Assembly (NCBI GenBank): GCA_963701315.1
Contig: OY969603.1
Coordinates: forward strand, 5,911,320-5,975,319
Reading direction: 5' to 3'
Length of the DNA: 64,000 bases
Source: an uncultured Acidobacteriota bacterium
GTDB lineage: Bacteria > Acidobacteriota > Vicinamibacteria > Vicinamibacterales > Fen-181
Numbering within the stretch: the stretch's first letter is position 1; every line of letters starts with the position of its first letter. The notes under the pieces are model-generated. The model ran no database searches and was not told the DNA's origin. It saw only the letters and a list, made by a program, of their open reading frames with translations. The translations under genes were made by a program, and so were the position numbers. Shown here in pieces: positions 28,168 through 39,143 of the stretch.

Positions 28168-29969
28168 TCACTCCGGGCGGCCCATCGGCGACCCGGGAGC
28201 CGGCGGGGCGCGCCGGACCGCGCCCTCCGAGAAATAGTAGAACCGCAGCCGGCGGATGTCGACCTGGGGAGCGAATCCAGCACCACCTCTTGCGCCGCGC
28301 CGTTGGGCCGGGACGTCAGGATCCCCAGGGGCGTCGTCAGACGGGCGTACCGGGTCGACCGCTGTTCCACGTTGAACTCGTGAAAGTCCCGCGAGAGCAC
28401 GAAGTTGCCCCGGTAGCGTGGCGCCAGGATCGCGACGGAGCGTGGCCCTATCCACCGGATGTCAATCGGCTGGTCCGTCCGCACCATGCGCACGACGGCC
28501 TGGTAGCTGCCCGGCTCGCAGCCGCCGTTCTCGGAGAACGTCTGGTGGTAGAAGTGGCTGTAGACGCCACGCACGCCGACGGGGGCCACCAGGAACACGA
28601 CGTCCCCGCAATCGCAGGACGGAAGGTCGGCGTTGACGAGCGTCGCCGCATCCGATGCCATCGTGGTCGCCCAAGCCCAGTCCGCCCCCTTCACCTGAAC
28701 CTGCCAGACCGAGACGGCGAGTACCGCGGCCACGACTGCCAGTCCAACCCTCCTGGCGCGGCCATTCAGGTCCACGGCGAGCTTCGCGATGCCCAGCGAC
28801 CACCCCACCGACGCGAGGTACATGTAGCGCTGGCCCTCAGTCAGGCTCGAGACCGGCAAGAGTGCTCCCAACGTTCCAACCAGCAAGAAGACCCACCGAG
28901 CGTCTCCGGCCACGGCCCGGCGGCCCCAGAGCAGCAGGGCGCCGCCGACGAGCAGAACGGCCAGTCCCCCACCCCAGTAGACAGCGGTGGCCGGGTCCAG
29001 GAAGAAGGGTGGCGAGGCCGGCGCGATGACCGGTGACGCAAGATAGAAGGCCGAGAATCCGGCGAACGACAGCTTTTCTCGTACCCCGGTGCCGGCCCCG
29101 GGGAACGTGCAGACGTAGGCGAGCGCGGCCAGGACGATCGTGTACCCGGCCAGCACGGCGACAGGTGAGAGGCGCGCCAGGCGGGCGAGAGGGTGCTGCC
29201 ACCGCACGTTCGCCACCCACGCGAGGGCCGCCAGGGACGCGAACAGGGCGACGGCCTTCGGCAACCGGGCCGCTCCTCCGGTTGGATCGAGACCACCGAC
29301 GGCCGCGCGCGTGGCCGCGTAGGCGACGATGACGCCGGCCATCAACGCCAGCACGGCGACGACGCGCCGCGCTGGCGCCCAATCGACGAAGACCAGGTAC
29401 GCCCCGACGATGATCGGCGCCGCGAGCGCGGATTCCTTGCAGAGGAGGGCGAGGGCGAAGGTGGCGAGCCCCAAGCCGATTGCCCGGGCCTCGCGATGGG
29501 TGGTCAGCAGGACGCTCGTCAGGGTGAAGAAGGTGGCCAACAGATCGAAGCGCGCCGAGATCCAGTAGACGGCCTCCTGGTTCGACGTGTGGGCCACGAA
29601 GAGGACCGCCGCCAGCGCCGCCCCCCACCTCGGAAGGATCCGGCGGCCGACCCAGAAGACGAGGACGCCGTTGGCGGCGTGCAGGAGCACATTGGTCAGG
29701 TGAAAACCGGCCGGATGCAGGTGCCAAAGCGACGCGTCGACTGCGAAGGTGAGGAATCCAAGGGGGCGGAAGTAGCTGAAGAAGTCCAGCGCCGTGAAGT
29801 AGGCGGCCGGGTGGGAGAGTCCCCCCAAGCGCTTCAGGTGGTAGAGCACCAGGGCGTCGTCGCCGGCGAAACCGAGCGACAGGGCTCGCCCGTACAAACC
29901 AATCGCCGCAAGCGCGACGAGCCACGGCCACCAGGCCGCCCCGCGCGTTCCTGACGAATCGTGCGCCAC
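28168..29969 (-). pseudogene. GT-C-type membrane glycosyltransferase (PMT_2/DUF1736-like), C-terminal frameshift as assembled
   Basis: ORF 28095..29969 is polytopic with FFSYFRPLGFLTFAVDASLWHLHPAGFHLTNVLLHAANGVLVFWV. Its last ~55 codons have low GC3 and junk-like composition. The frame of ORF 28168..28455 (QVDIRRLRFYYFSEGAV) has coding-like GC3. This implies a missing base near cctgggga (28263-28270) and a true stop at 28168. Confidence 0.6.
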
Positions 29970-29976
29970 CAGGGTG

Positions 29977-31536
29977 TCAATGATACTGCAAGCCCTGGTC
30001 GCCTGCCCTCGGCCGATAGATCCGGAAACCGGCGTCGACCTCCTGTAGCTGGTAGTTCGCGAGGATGCACTCAGTGACCGGCCAACCGAAGTCGATGTTG
30101 GTGTACCAGCCGCGGCCTGCAGGTGTTAGCGGGTCCGCTACCAGGATGACGTAGGCGAACCGGTGGGCATCCAGCCGGCCGATGAGATCTCGCTCGATGT
30201 CCGGTCGCTGCCGCATGACGACGCGCAGAGCGAATGGGTCGACCAAGGATGCGGGTCGACCCGCCATCACCTGGAGTTCGGGCGACTCGCTGAGCACGGG
30301 CTGCCGAAAGTGGTCCACCACCCAGATCGTGCGCTCACGGCCGGCGGCCAGGTCGACGGCCAGACGGTGGCGCACGGGGTTGCGGACAATCTCGAGATTC
30401 GGGCGGACCGAGGAGAGGGCCAGCGCGAGGGCGAGCAGGCCTGCAGCGGGGGCCCACCGCGGGTGCCGTGCAACCCAGACGCCGACGGCGATGATCGCGG
30501 CCACGTACACATCGACCGTGTGGTTGGTGGGAATCGTGCCGGGCGAGGCGAGGATCACGGCCGTCATCCCGATCGCCGAGACGAGCAGGATCGATGACGG
30601 GCTTCTCCAGTGGCGACGGGCGTCGGCCAGCCACGCCACCACGCCGACCGAGAGCACGGCGGTTAGAAAGTGCGACCCGCCGGCAAACTCGGTCACCAGG
30701 CCGTGGGTGATGCCCGAGAGCCAGGCGAGCGCCGTGGTCCCGCCGAGAGCGCAGGCGCGGAAGGACGCCAGCGCCCGCCCTTCGCTGGCGAATTGGACGA
30801 GGACCAGGGCGGAGAGGCCCCACGCGCCGAGCCACAGCACCAACCGCCGCGCTGCCTGCCCGCGTCGGGCGAACGCCAGGGCGAGCACCGCCGCGGCGAG
30901 CACGTACACGCTGGTCAGCTTCGTGGCGACTGCCAAGATCAACAGGAGCGCCGCGCCGCCCAGCGCTCCGGCTGGCCGTTTTGTCGAGTCCGGGCCGGCG
31001 TGAGGCCCAGAGCGCCCGGTCTCTTCGTGAGGCAGCGTCCCAGCCAGGCCCAGCATGGCCAGGCCGGCCGCGAGCAGATCACAGCGAATCGACAGCAGCG
31101 TCTGCTGGACCAACGGCGCCGCCAGCGTCAGTGCCGCAAAGGCCACCCGCAGGGCTGGCCTGAGGCCGAGACGCGCCAGGACGCGCTCGACCGCGGCGGC
31201 CAGGAGGGCACCGCCCGCGATTGAGGCGACGAAGCCAGCCGCCAGCGGACTGACGCCGAGCCGGATGAGCGCCGCGATCGCACCGAAAAACACCGGGAGG
31301 TACCGCGTGCCTCCGTAGCCGGCCGGCCCGATCAGGTCGCGGTAGAACAGGCCGTGGGCCAGATCCTGAGCCAGCGCGAGCCAGACCCCCGTGACGTTGT
31401 TCACATACCAGGCCGTGGGCAGGGCCAGCCAGGCGTGGGCGAGCAGCGTGCCGCCGACCACGCCACTCGTGACCACCGCGCTGATCGTGGTCAGGCTCGG
31501 GCTACGCAGATGCCGCACGGCTTCGCGGGCGGTCAT
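29977..31536 (-). CDS. polytopic membrane protein, GT-C-like (family unassigned)
   Basis: 519 aa with at least ten TM segments and a ~130-aa C-terminal soluble domain (FAYVILVADPL...FRIYRP) resembling the C-termini of the other GT-C-like proteins here. The start overlaps the GT4 stop (ATGA at 31533-31536). No catalytic motif was verified. Confidence 0.4.
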   Translation of the reverse strand: MTAREAVRHLRSPSLTTISAVVTSGVVGGTLLAHAWLALPTAWYVNNVTGVWLALAQDLAHGLFYRDLIGPAGYGGTRYLPVFFGAIAALIRLGVSPLAAGFVASIAGGALLAAAVERVLARLGLRPALRVAFAALTLAAPLVQQTLLSIRCDLLAAGLAMLGLAGTLPHEETGRSGPHAGPDSTKRPAGALGGAALLLILAVATKLTSVYVLAAAVLALAFARRGQAARRLVLWLGAWGLSALVLVQFASEGRALASFRACALGGTTALAWLSGITHGLVTEFAGGSHFLTAVLSVGVVAWLADARRHWRSPSSILLVSAIGMTAVILASPGTIPTNHTVDVYVAAIIAVGVWVARHPRWAPAAGLLALALALSSVRPNLEIVRNPVRHRLAVDLAAGRERTIWVVDHFRQPVLSESPELQVMAGRPASLVDPFALRVVMRQRPDIERDLIGRLDAHRFAYVILVADPLTPAGRGWYTNIDFGWPVTECILANYQLQEVDAGFRIYRPRAGDQGLQYH

Positions 31537-32693
31537 TGCGGGTGGCCAGCGATGCCGTGGTAGATCGCGTAGAATTTCGCGGCGACCGCCGCGGGCCGAA
31601 ACTCGCGTTCGAGAGTGGCCAGCGTCAGTGGGCCCGTGCGCCGGGGTGTCGAGAGCGCGCTCACGATGGCTGAGGCCAGCGCCCCCGCGTCCTGCCGCGG
31701 GACGATGGTGACATCGGCGCCAAACAGTCCGTGGAGCTCGACGCCACCGGGACTGTCGCTCGACACCACCCGCGTGCCACAGGCGAGCGCCTCAAGGGCG
31801 ACGGTCGGGCACGCCTCGAGCAGGGACGGCAGCACGAAGAGGTCGGCCGCGCGGTTGTAGACGGCAACCTCCGCGTTGCTGACGAGGCCCGCCAGACGCA
31901 CGTGGCGCTCGATGCCCAGGTGACGGGCCTGCTGGCGGAGATCGTCGGCGAGCGCTCCTGTTCCGCACACGACCAGTTCAGTGTCGGGGTGGGCTTGGAG
32001 GATGGCGGGCATCGCCTCGAGCAGGGTGCGCTGGCTGGCCAGCGGGTGCAGGCGCTTCACGTTCAGCAGCAGGTGTCGGGCCGTGACGCCGAGCGCGTGG
32101 CGCGCCTCCTCCCGCGTGCGGGGGTCGGCGGGCTGGAACTCGACCGCGATGGGGGGGTACACGACCCTCAGCCCCTCGCGGCCAAGGCCGAGCGCGAGCG
32201 CGTGATCGAGGAGGCCCTGGCTGTAGAACGTGATCGCCGACGCCTCCCGATAGGCGCGCGTGAACAGGTCGGGCCCCAACCGCTTCCGGCGGTAGTGCCA
32301 GACCTCGGTGCCGTAGAGCGTGAGCACGAGCGGCTTGCCCAGCCGACGCGCCACGGCTGCGCACGTTTCTGGCAGCAACCCGTTGCTGTGTACGTGGACG
32401 ACGTCCGCGGAGGCAATCGACGGACGGGCCGTCCTCGCAATCCGTGCCGCGGCAAGGGCGCCGGAGATCCTCGTCATCCGGGCCAGCCGGCCCCCCAGCC
32501 GGTCGGCCGACACCCAGGTGACCGGTCCAGGCAGGACGGGGACGTCCCGGACCGTCGGTGACTGTCGCGCCGGGTGCGCCACGAACACGGGCTCGTCACC
32601 CGCCTCACGGGCCCAGCACCCGAGATGGAACGGCAGCAGGGCATTGGCCGCCTGGTCGGGAGGGAGATGCGGGGTGACGTGACAGATGCGCAC
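31533..32693 (-). CDS. glycosyltransferase family 4 (GT-B fold)
   Basis: 386 aa. MRICHVTPHLPPD at the N-terminus, and the C-terminal E-x7-E region LPSLLEACPTVALEALACGTRVVSSDSPGG. Confidence 0.8.
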   Translation of the reverse strand: MRICHVTPHLPPDQAANALLPFHLGCWAREAGDEPVFVAHPARQSPTVRDVPVLPGPVTWVSADRLGGRLARMTRISGALAAARIARTARPSIASADVVHVHSNGLLPETCAAVARRLGKPLVLTLYGTEVWHYRRKRLGPDLFTRAYREASAITFYSQGLLDHALALGLGREGLRVVYPPIAVEFQPADPRTREEARHALGVTARHLLLNVKRLHPLASQRTLLEAMPAILQAHPDTELVVCGTGALADDLRQQARHLGIERHVRLAGLVSNAEVAVYNRAADLFVLPSLLEACPTVALEALACGTRVVSSDSPGGVELHGLFGADVTIVPRQDAGALASAIVSALSTPRRTGPLTLATLEREFRPAAVAAKFYAIYHGIAGHPQ

Positions 32694-32701
32694 GCGAGGC
32701 C

Positions 32702-33668
32702 TCAGGCGCTGAGGTAGCGCGCCCTGAATTCGCCGAAGGTGACCGGCGTGGCGGCCAGGTCCTGGACGGCGAACTCCAGGAACCGTTCAAGCCGATCGAG
32801 GAACGCGGACAGCTCCGGCTGGGTCCGATTGTACGGGCTGCCGCCGACGATGGCTTCGCTCGAGTGGAACAGGACGTTGAGAAGGGGGACGCCGCCCTCA
32901 GCGAGCCGCCGGGCCAGACGCTTCATCTCGTCGAGTGACGAATAGGACGGCCTCAGCCAGAGCATCCGCGCCAGCCCGAGTTTCCGGAGGATCCGCTTGG
33001 TGGTGTAGTTCCAGGGCGCGCGGGCGTAGAGGGTCCTGGAGGTGGGCCGGGTAGCGCCGGTGGAGCGCCGCCGAGACCGGCAGCTCGAGCAGCTGGCTCG
33101 TCCCACGCCGGCACGCGTCGTCGTACGAGAGGAAGTAGGGCTCAAGGGGAGCCTCGACGAAGTCCGGGCCGCCCTTGTGCGCCTCATAGAACAGTGGCGC
33201 GATGCTCGATTCGGTCAGGTAGCCGGCGAGCTCGAGGGCGGAAACGTGGGAGGCGGAGAAGCCGAACCGGCCGGACCGGTACGCCGTGGGCCGCACGCCC
33301 ACCGCCGCCTCGATGCTCTCGGTCAACGTCGTGACCTGGCGGGCGAACCGCGCCGGCGGGAGCGACAGCGCGTAGATGTGGCGCGCCACGTCGGCGGGCT
33401 CGACCGGCGGCGTCTCCCAGGCGTGGTGATGGGCCCCGATCTCGCTGCCCCCGCGGGCGAGGAGCGCCTGGAGCGTCTCGGCAGACCGCGGGTCGGTGGC
33501 CACCGGATAGGTGATGAGATACGTGGGCCGGACCCCCTGACGCGCGAACAGGTCCGCGAGCGCGGGCAGGGCGTAGATGTTCTCGAAGCGCTGGTTCGCG
33601 CGCGAGGCGGCGTCCCACTGGTTGTCGCCCTCGGTATCGATCCCGACGAGGAGGAAGAGGGGTGCCAC
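32702..33668 (-). pseudogene. polysaccharide deacetylase-like (NodB/WalW-type) protein, one frameshift as assembled
   Basis: The N-terminal part is in frame 32898..33668 (LLVGIDTEGDNQW...EIGAHHHAWETPP). The C-terminal part is in frame 32702..33187 (LYARAPWNYTTKRILRKLGLARMLWLRPSYSSLDEMKRLARRLAEGGVPLLNVLFHSSE). A +1 shift near cctggaggtg (33035-33044) joins them. Confidence 0.6.
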
Positions 33669-33677
33669 AAGCTGGTC

Positions 33678-34721
33678 CTACCGGTCCTGGTCCGAGTCGC
33701 CCAGGGTGAAATGCCAGGCGCCCGTGTGCTCGTAGAACGCCCGGGGCACCTGGACGGCGTTCACCTTGAGCGTGAACTGCAGCGTGGACTTCACGTTGAA
33801 GTAGCCCGAACGGCGCAGGACCTTTCGAAAGCGATCGTGCATCGAGAAGACGCGAACCTTGTCCGAGTCGGCGGCGCGCGCCTCGCGGTCCACCCAGCGC
33901 AGCAGGGTTTCGAGCCCGGCCTCGTCCGAGGGATCCACGAGGAAGTCCACCAGCACGGTGACGCGGCCGCGCGGTTCCTGCAGGTGCCGGTAGACCGCGT
34001 ACCCGCCGACCGAGTCGTCGCGCTTGAGCGCCACGACCGAGTAGCGGACGTGCGGCGGGTCAATGTACTTCCAGTTGAGGTAGGGGGCGTCACGCCGCAC
34101 CGCCAGGTCGAACGCCGGGGCCACGCGCTCCCACAGGGCGGTGAACCGTTCGTCGAACTGTCGGATTGGCTCGATCTGCGCGCGCAGCGGTCTGGTCCGC
34201 GCGATGAAGCGGACGTACGGGAACGTGACGGCCGACACCAGCCGATTGGCGGCCATCGGCCAGGTCGGCCTGCGCAGCGCCCTGCGCGTCAGCGGCTTGA
34301 TCAGGCAGGGCACCGGGCCGACCTCCGGCCACCGCAGTTTCTGGAACAGGCGGTGCGAGGAGGGCGAGAGCCCGAGACCGAGCGAGGCGTCCACGTGGCT
34401 GTCCCAGGTCCGGAACAGCACCTCGCCGATGCCCTGCCGCTGGCGCTCGGGCGCGACCATGACGTCCATGCCCCACGACCCGTGGATCTCCCGGTCCCTG
34501 ATCCACAGCCGCACCGGCATGGTGGCGTACTGCCCCACGATGGTCGGACCCTCGCGTGCCAGCCAGATCTCCGGCCCCCCGGGCCGGTTGTTCGGGTTCT
34601 GCAGGTACTGCCAGTGCCAGCGCAACTGGCTGGCGTTGGCCGCGTCGTGCCCGAACACGCGGCGGTAGAGTGCATCCACCGCGCGACGGTCCTCGAGACG
34701 GAAACGGACGATGTCGGCCAT
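33678..34721 (-). CDS. GNAT-family N-acetyltransferase
   Basis: 347 aa with the acetyl-CoA motif VAPERQRQGIGEVLF and a second GNAT-like half. Confidence 0.7.
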   Translation of the reverse strand: MADIVRFRLEDRRAVDALYRRVFGHDAANASQLRWHWQYLQNPNNRPGGPEIWLAREGPTIVGQYATMPVRLWIRDREIHGSWGMDVMVAPERQRQGIGEVLFRTWDSHVDASLGLGLSPSSHRLFQKLRWPEVGPVPCLIKPLTRRALRRPTWPMAANRLVSAVTFPYVRFIARTRPLRAQIEPIRQFDERFTALWERVAPAFDLAVRRDAPYLNWKYIDPPHVRYSVVALKRDDSVGGYAVYRHLQEPRGRVTVLVDFLVDPSDEAGLETLLRWVDREARAADSDKVRVFSMHDRFRKVLRRSGYFNVKSTLQFTLKVNAVQVPRAFYEHTGAWHFTLGDSDQDR

Positions 34722-34725
34722 GGCT

Positions 34726-35583
34726 CTATCGACCGCCCGGGCCCGCGTACTCGGCCCTCAGCACGTACTCCACCGCTCCAACGACGACGTCCTGCGTCAC
34801 CGGGCTGTCGCGGAGCCACTGGGCAATGGGCCCGGGCAGGCGGCGGAACGTCCGCGTCTGGTGCAGGTTCTCCCGCAGAATCTCGAACCCCGCGTCGAGC
34901 AGCAAGGTTCGCAGCCGCCCGATCCGGACCTTCTCGAGCAGGTCGTCGGCCTTCACCGTGTTGCCCTTCGCCGCCTTGATGAACGAGTTCTCGTTCTCGG
35001 GCTCGCGCAGCAGCCAGGCCGCGTGGCGCGCGAGCCACCGGAACGCCGCAAAGGCGGCCCGCCTGCCCAGGAGCAGGTGGAGCGGCACGGGCACCTTGAG
35101 TCGCGGGAGGTGCGCACCGGCGAACGACAGGTACGGCGACGTCGACAGGTACATCCGCCCGTTCGGGCGCAGCACCCGCCGACACTCCCCCAGGTACCTG
35201 GCCGCATCGGCCACGTGCTCGATCACGGCGTGCGACAGGACCAGGTCGAATGCTCCGTCGCCGAACGGGAGGAACAGGCCGTCCGCGACGCAGAACGAGA
35301 GGTTCCGGATGCCGCGCTCGGCGGCCAGGCGGGTTCCGGCATCGCGGAACCGTGGCGTCAGGTCGATTGCCACGACCCGGTCCGTTTCCTCGGCCAGCGA
35401 GGCGGGCATTCCCCCGCCGCCGCAGCCCGCATCCAGGACGCACCCCGCCACCGCCACGCCGGCCTGCTGGAGGTAGGCGATGACCTTCGCGCTGCGATGG
35501 TATTCAAACAGCGCGTAGTCGTACTCGGACCGGAATCGCAGGTCCGAGTGGCGCTTGATGGCGGTCTCGTCGATTTGGCGCAC
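34726..35583 (-). CDS. class I SAM-dependent methyltransferase
   Basis: Motif I is CVLDAGCGGGGMPASLA, followed by VVAIDL and FDLVLSHAVIEHV. Confidence 0.8.
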   Translation of the reverse strand: MRQIDETAIKRHSDLRFRSEYDYALFEYHRSAKVIAYLQQAGVAVAGCVLDAGCGGGGMPASLAEETDRVVAIDLTPRFRDAGTRLAAERGIRNLSFCVADGLFLPFGDGAFDLVLSHAVIEHVADAARYLGECRRVLRPNGRMYLSTSPYLSFAGAHLPRLKVPVPLHLLLGRRAAFAAFRWLARHAAWLLREPENENSFIKAAKGNTVKADDLLEKVRIGRLRTLLLDAGFEILRENLHQTRTFRRLPGPIAQWLRDSPVTQDVVVGAVEYVLRAEYAGPGGR

Positions 35584-35634
35584 GGAGTGTCGACGGCTCC
35601 AAAAGGGCCATTGTAGCCCAGGGACGGTGGATCG

Positions 35635-37384
35635 TCAGCGTCGGGGGTACTTGTCGATCAGCACGGCCCGGTCATCACCCGACGGACTTTCCGCGACCGC
35701 GAACTCCCGCAGCACGACCCATCCCGGGCAAGCCGCGAGGATGTCGAGGACGACGGGGTTCTGCGCCTGGCTCTCGTAGCCGAGCGAGGGCTTCTCGTAG
35801 GTCAAGAGGTAGCGGATGTCCGGCCGGTGCGCGCGATCCTCGTAGTTGCCGAAGCCGCGGCCGACGAAGACCGGCCGGATCGTACTCTCGAGCGCGAGAC
35901 CATTGGCCAGCTTGCCCTGCACGAGCGTCCCCGGCGGCAGCCACCGGCCCACCTCCACCATCGCCGTGTAGTTCTCGTATGTACGGATGCGCGCCCACTC
36001 GGCGAACTGCCAGAGGTCGGCGCCCATCAGCGCAAGGCCGAGCGCCAGAGCCCACGCGGGAGTCCACCGGACACGGGCCAACAGCCGCGGCGCGGAGGGC
36101 CACGTGGCACACAAGGCCATCGTCAGGAGGAGTGCGAGAGCGCCCGACCAGCGGACGGCGGCGTGAAACGACCCCGCGTGGATGGTCTCCAGGAACGGGA
36201 GCCTGACGACGGCGCCGACGACCAGGTACAGACATCCGAGCAGGAGCGGCGCGGCCAGCATCGCCCGGACGCGGGACGTGTCGGCCGCATCCTCCCTCAC
36301 GAGGCAGCGGTCGCGCGCAAGGGCAAGAGCGGCCAGTCCCGCGGCGGCCGGGACGAGGAACACCAGCCGCCGCTCGTTCCCGACATCGTGGAGGATCAGT
36401 TCCGAGATGCCGAGCAGGCCCCACAACACGAGGACCCGCTCGGCGGCGGCCGCGCGACGCCAGCGTGTGGCGAGCCCCAACCCGCTCAGGACGGCCAGCG
36501 TGGTCACCGCCCACATGCGTGTGAAGAAGTCGTGGACGATCGGGAACCACGACGCCCGGTCCAGGAACGCCTTGAGCGTGTAGGAGGGCTTGCGCGTCAC
36601 CGACATCTGCCAGTTGTAGAAGCGGTAGTCCGGCCAGTGGGGGCCGACAAACAGCGCGAGGCTCAGCAGGCCGGCCAGCGCGAGGCCGGCCAGCGTGAAC
36701 CAGGCCCCTCGCGCGAGGCCGGTCCTTCGCCGCGCGTCCCCACGGGTCCAGACGATCGCCAGGCAGGCGTCGACCACCAGGGCCGCGAGGAAGAAGATGG
36801 CCGAGGCTTTCGTGAAGTACGCCAGCACGGCCGCGCCGCCGGCGGCCAGGCCCCACGCCGGTGCCGAGGAGGCACGTCCGTAGCAGTACCACGCGGCGAC
36901 GACCAGCGCCACCATGGTGGCCTCCATCAGCGCCGCGCGGTCGTAGCTCACGTAGACGAAGTTGGTTGCCAGCAAACCTGCGGCCACCAGGCCCGCCAGC
37001 CGCCCGCCGATTCGCGAGACGCCGAGGCCGAGTAGCAGTATGGACACGGTGCCGGCGAGGGCCGACACCAGCCTCGCTTGCCACAGCCCCACCCCGAATG
37101 CCCGGAAGCTGGCGTACTCAAGGCCCGTCAGCACCGGCGTGATGTACATCGGGTTCCATCGGTCGAGCGTCCACGTGCCAAAGAGCGCACGGTTCCGCGC
37201 GTTGTGCACCCAGGCGCCCTCGTCGTGCCAGACGACGCCGACGGTCGACCGCCAGGGAGGAATCCGCAAGCGGGAACACGGTTCGCAGCGTCAGCCCGAG
37301 CAACACGAGCGCCAAGAGGCCGGCCGCAAACCGCCAGCGGGCCGAAATCGCGTCCGTCGGGCGGGCGGTGGTGTCGATACTCAC
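35635..37384 (-). pseudogene. GT-C-type membrane glycosyltransferase (ArnT/PMT-like), N-terminal frameshift as assembled
   Basis: The main body is ORF 35635..37269, with the first-loop motif VVWHDEGAWVHNARN. The required first TM helix (RWRFAAGLLALVLLGLTLRTVFPL) lies in the frame of ORF 37118..37516. It starts at GTG 37384, which overlaps the upstream stop (GTGA). Deleting one base of gaatc (37260-37264) joins the frames as ...TVFPLADPPWRSTVGVVWHDEG. Confidence 0.6.
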
Positions 37385-38985
37385 GGCAGATCCTGTCGTC
37401 GCCAGATGAGGTAGGTGCCGGTGTCGGCCACCTGACGGTAGCGGGAAGTCAGCCACGCCCGTAACGCGGGCTGCTTCAGGAACCACGTCGCCGAATCGAT
37501 GCCCTCGGCCGGCCAATCACGCTGCTGGAGCACGACCTCGGCGGGGCGGTTCCGCGTCAACTCGGCCAGTAGCCCTGCCGCGCCGTATCCCGGCCGGCCG
37601 TCGTTGAAGCCCACGAGCAGGGGCCGGCTCCAGAAGAAGCGAGACGCGCTCTGCCGCTCGGCGCGCACGAGGGCTCCGGCGGAGAACCCGAGCACGAGCA
37701 CACGGTCGGTCGGGGCGGTCGACCACTTCAGGCGGTCGCCCAGCGTCGAGGTCGCCAGCGCGGAGAACTTATCAGTCTGGCGCTGGCCGCCGAACCGGGA
37801 CAGGTACTCGGGTCGAGACACCGCGCCCCGCAGGCGGGCGAAGTCGAAGGCGACGTTGTCGGCCCACTTGTCGAACTGGTTGACGCGGACGACCCCGACA
37901 GCGAGCGCCGCGATCACGATCACCCGTCCGAGCGGGCCGAGTGCCTGCCAGGCCATTGCGCCAGCGACGCCAGCCGCCAGCGCGAGGGCCGGCGCCGCCT
38001 GCACGAAGTACTGGGGCAGCTCCCGGCTCCCGTTGATGGCGATCGACACGCCCGCGGCGGCAATCCACAGGGGCGCGACCACCACATGCGGGTTCCTCAC
38101 GGCCGCCAGCGCGAGCAGGGCGCCGCCACCGATGCCCACCAGCCAGAGCGCGTCGACCGAGGCGTGCCGGATTGGCAGCGTGACCAGAAACCGTGCCAGC
38201 CCCAGCGCACCACTATAGGTTTCCCCGGAATAGCGCAGGTTGTAGACGAGCGTCGCCTGCACCAGGTCGTCCACGGCACCCTGCGCGACAAACCAGGCGG
38301 CCACGGCGACGACGGGAATCAGGAAGCCGACGCCCAGCACGGGCAGCTGACGCACCAGCCCGAGGGTCCTCGGGCTGTGCGCCCCGCGTCGATGGTCGTC
38401 GGGCAGGGCCACGGCGTAGACGGCGAGCACCGGCACGAGGTAGATGCCCGCGTTGTACTTGTGGAGGAACGCGGCACCCAGCAGGCACCCGGCCAGGCCA
38501 CTGCAGGCCGCGGCGCGGCGCCCCCGGCCCTCGCTCTGGGCCCTGGCACCCGCGACGCCGGCGAGCATCGCGCCGGTCACGAGGGCGGCGATGAACGTCT
38601 CGGCCTGCGCCCGGACCCACAGCCCGCTCAGGCGTTGAAACGACGGGTCGCCAAGCAGCAGGAAGATGAGCGCCGCCACCTCGCCGGCGCCCTTGCCACC
38701 CACCCGTCGCCCGAGCATCAGGAGCAAGCCGGCGACCAGGGCACTCACGACGAGATCCGCGACGGGCACCACGGACTCGCCGCCCCAGAGCCGGAGCATG
38801 GCGGCGTAGGTGAGGTGGATGCCAGGCGGCTTCTGATCCCAGGCGTCGCGGTACGGCAGCTCGCCCCGGAGGATCGACTGCCCGACGTACGCGTAGATCC
38901 CCTGGTCCCCTCCTGCCGGTTGCACGACCGACGGCACGCGCACGAGCAGCAGGACGGCCGCCAGGGCGGCCACGAGCCATTTCAT
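37381..38985 (-). CDS. GT-C-type membrane glycosyltransferase (paralog of 53737..55356)
   Basis: ATG at 38985 within ORF 37381..39219; earlier codons are junk-like and would overlap the divergent GT2 gene. The sequence is MKWLVAALAAVLLLVRV...GGDQGIYAYVGQSILRGELPYRDAWDQKPPGIHLTYAAM, then many TM segments and a soluble C-terminus ending TGTYLIWRR. Confidence 0.6.
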   Translation of the reverse strand: MKWLVAALAAVLLLVRVPSVVQPAGGDQGIYAYVGQSILRGELPYRDAWDQKPPGIHLTYAAMLRLWGGESVVPVADLVVSALVAGLLLMLGRRVGGKGAGEVAALIFLLLGDPSFQRLSGLWVRAQAETFIAALVTGAMLAGVAGARAQSEGRGRRAAACSGLAGCLLGAAFLHKYNAGIYLVPVLAVYAVALPDDHRRGAHSPRTLGLVRQLPVLGVGFLIPVVAVAAWFVAQGAVDDLVQATLVYNLRYSGETYSGALGLARFLVTLPIRHASVDALWLVGIGGGALLALAAVRNPHVVVAPLWIAAAGVSIAINGSRELPQYFVQAAPALALAAGVAGAMAWQALGPLGRVIVIAALAVGVVRVNQFDKWADNVAFDFARLRGAVSRPEYLSRFGGQRQTDKFSALATSTLGDRLKWSTAPTDRVLVLGFSAGALVRAERQSASRFFWSRPLLVGFNDGRPGYGAAGLLAELTRNRPAEVVLQQRDWPAEGIDSATWFLKQPALRAWLTSRYRQVADTGTYLIWRRQDLP

Positions 38986-39143
38986 ACCAGCGGGACACAC
39001 CGGACGACCGGGCCTGAGCGGTGCCGAAAAGGCTGGAGCAATCGGCCCGAATCGGACACAATGCCGGAGTATAGCAGGCTGCACGCATCGGAGGGCGACT
39101 GCGTGTCGGAGGCCGGTTGGCGGGGCCGACCCTGCGGCGTGAT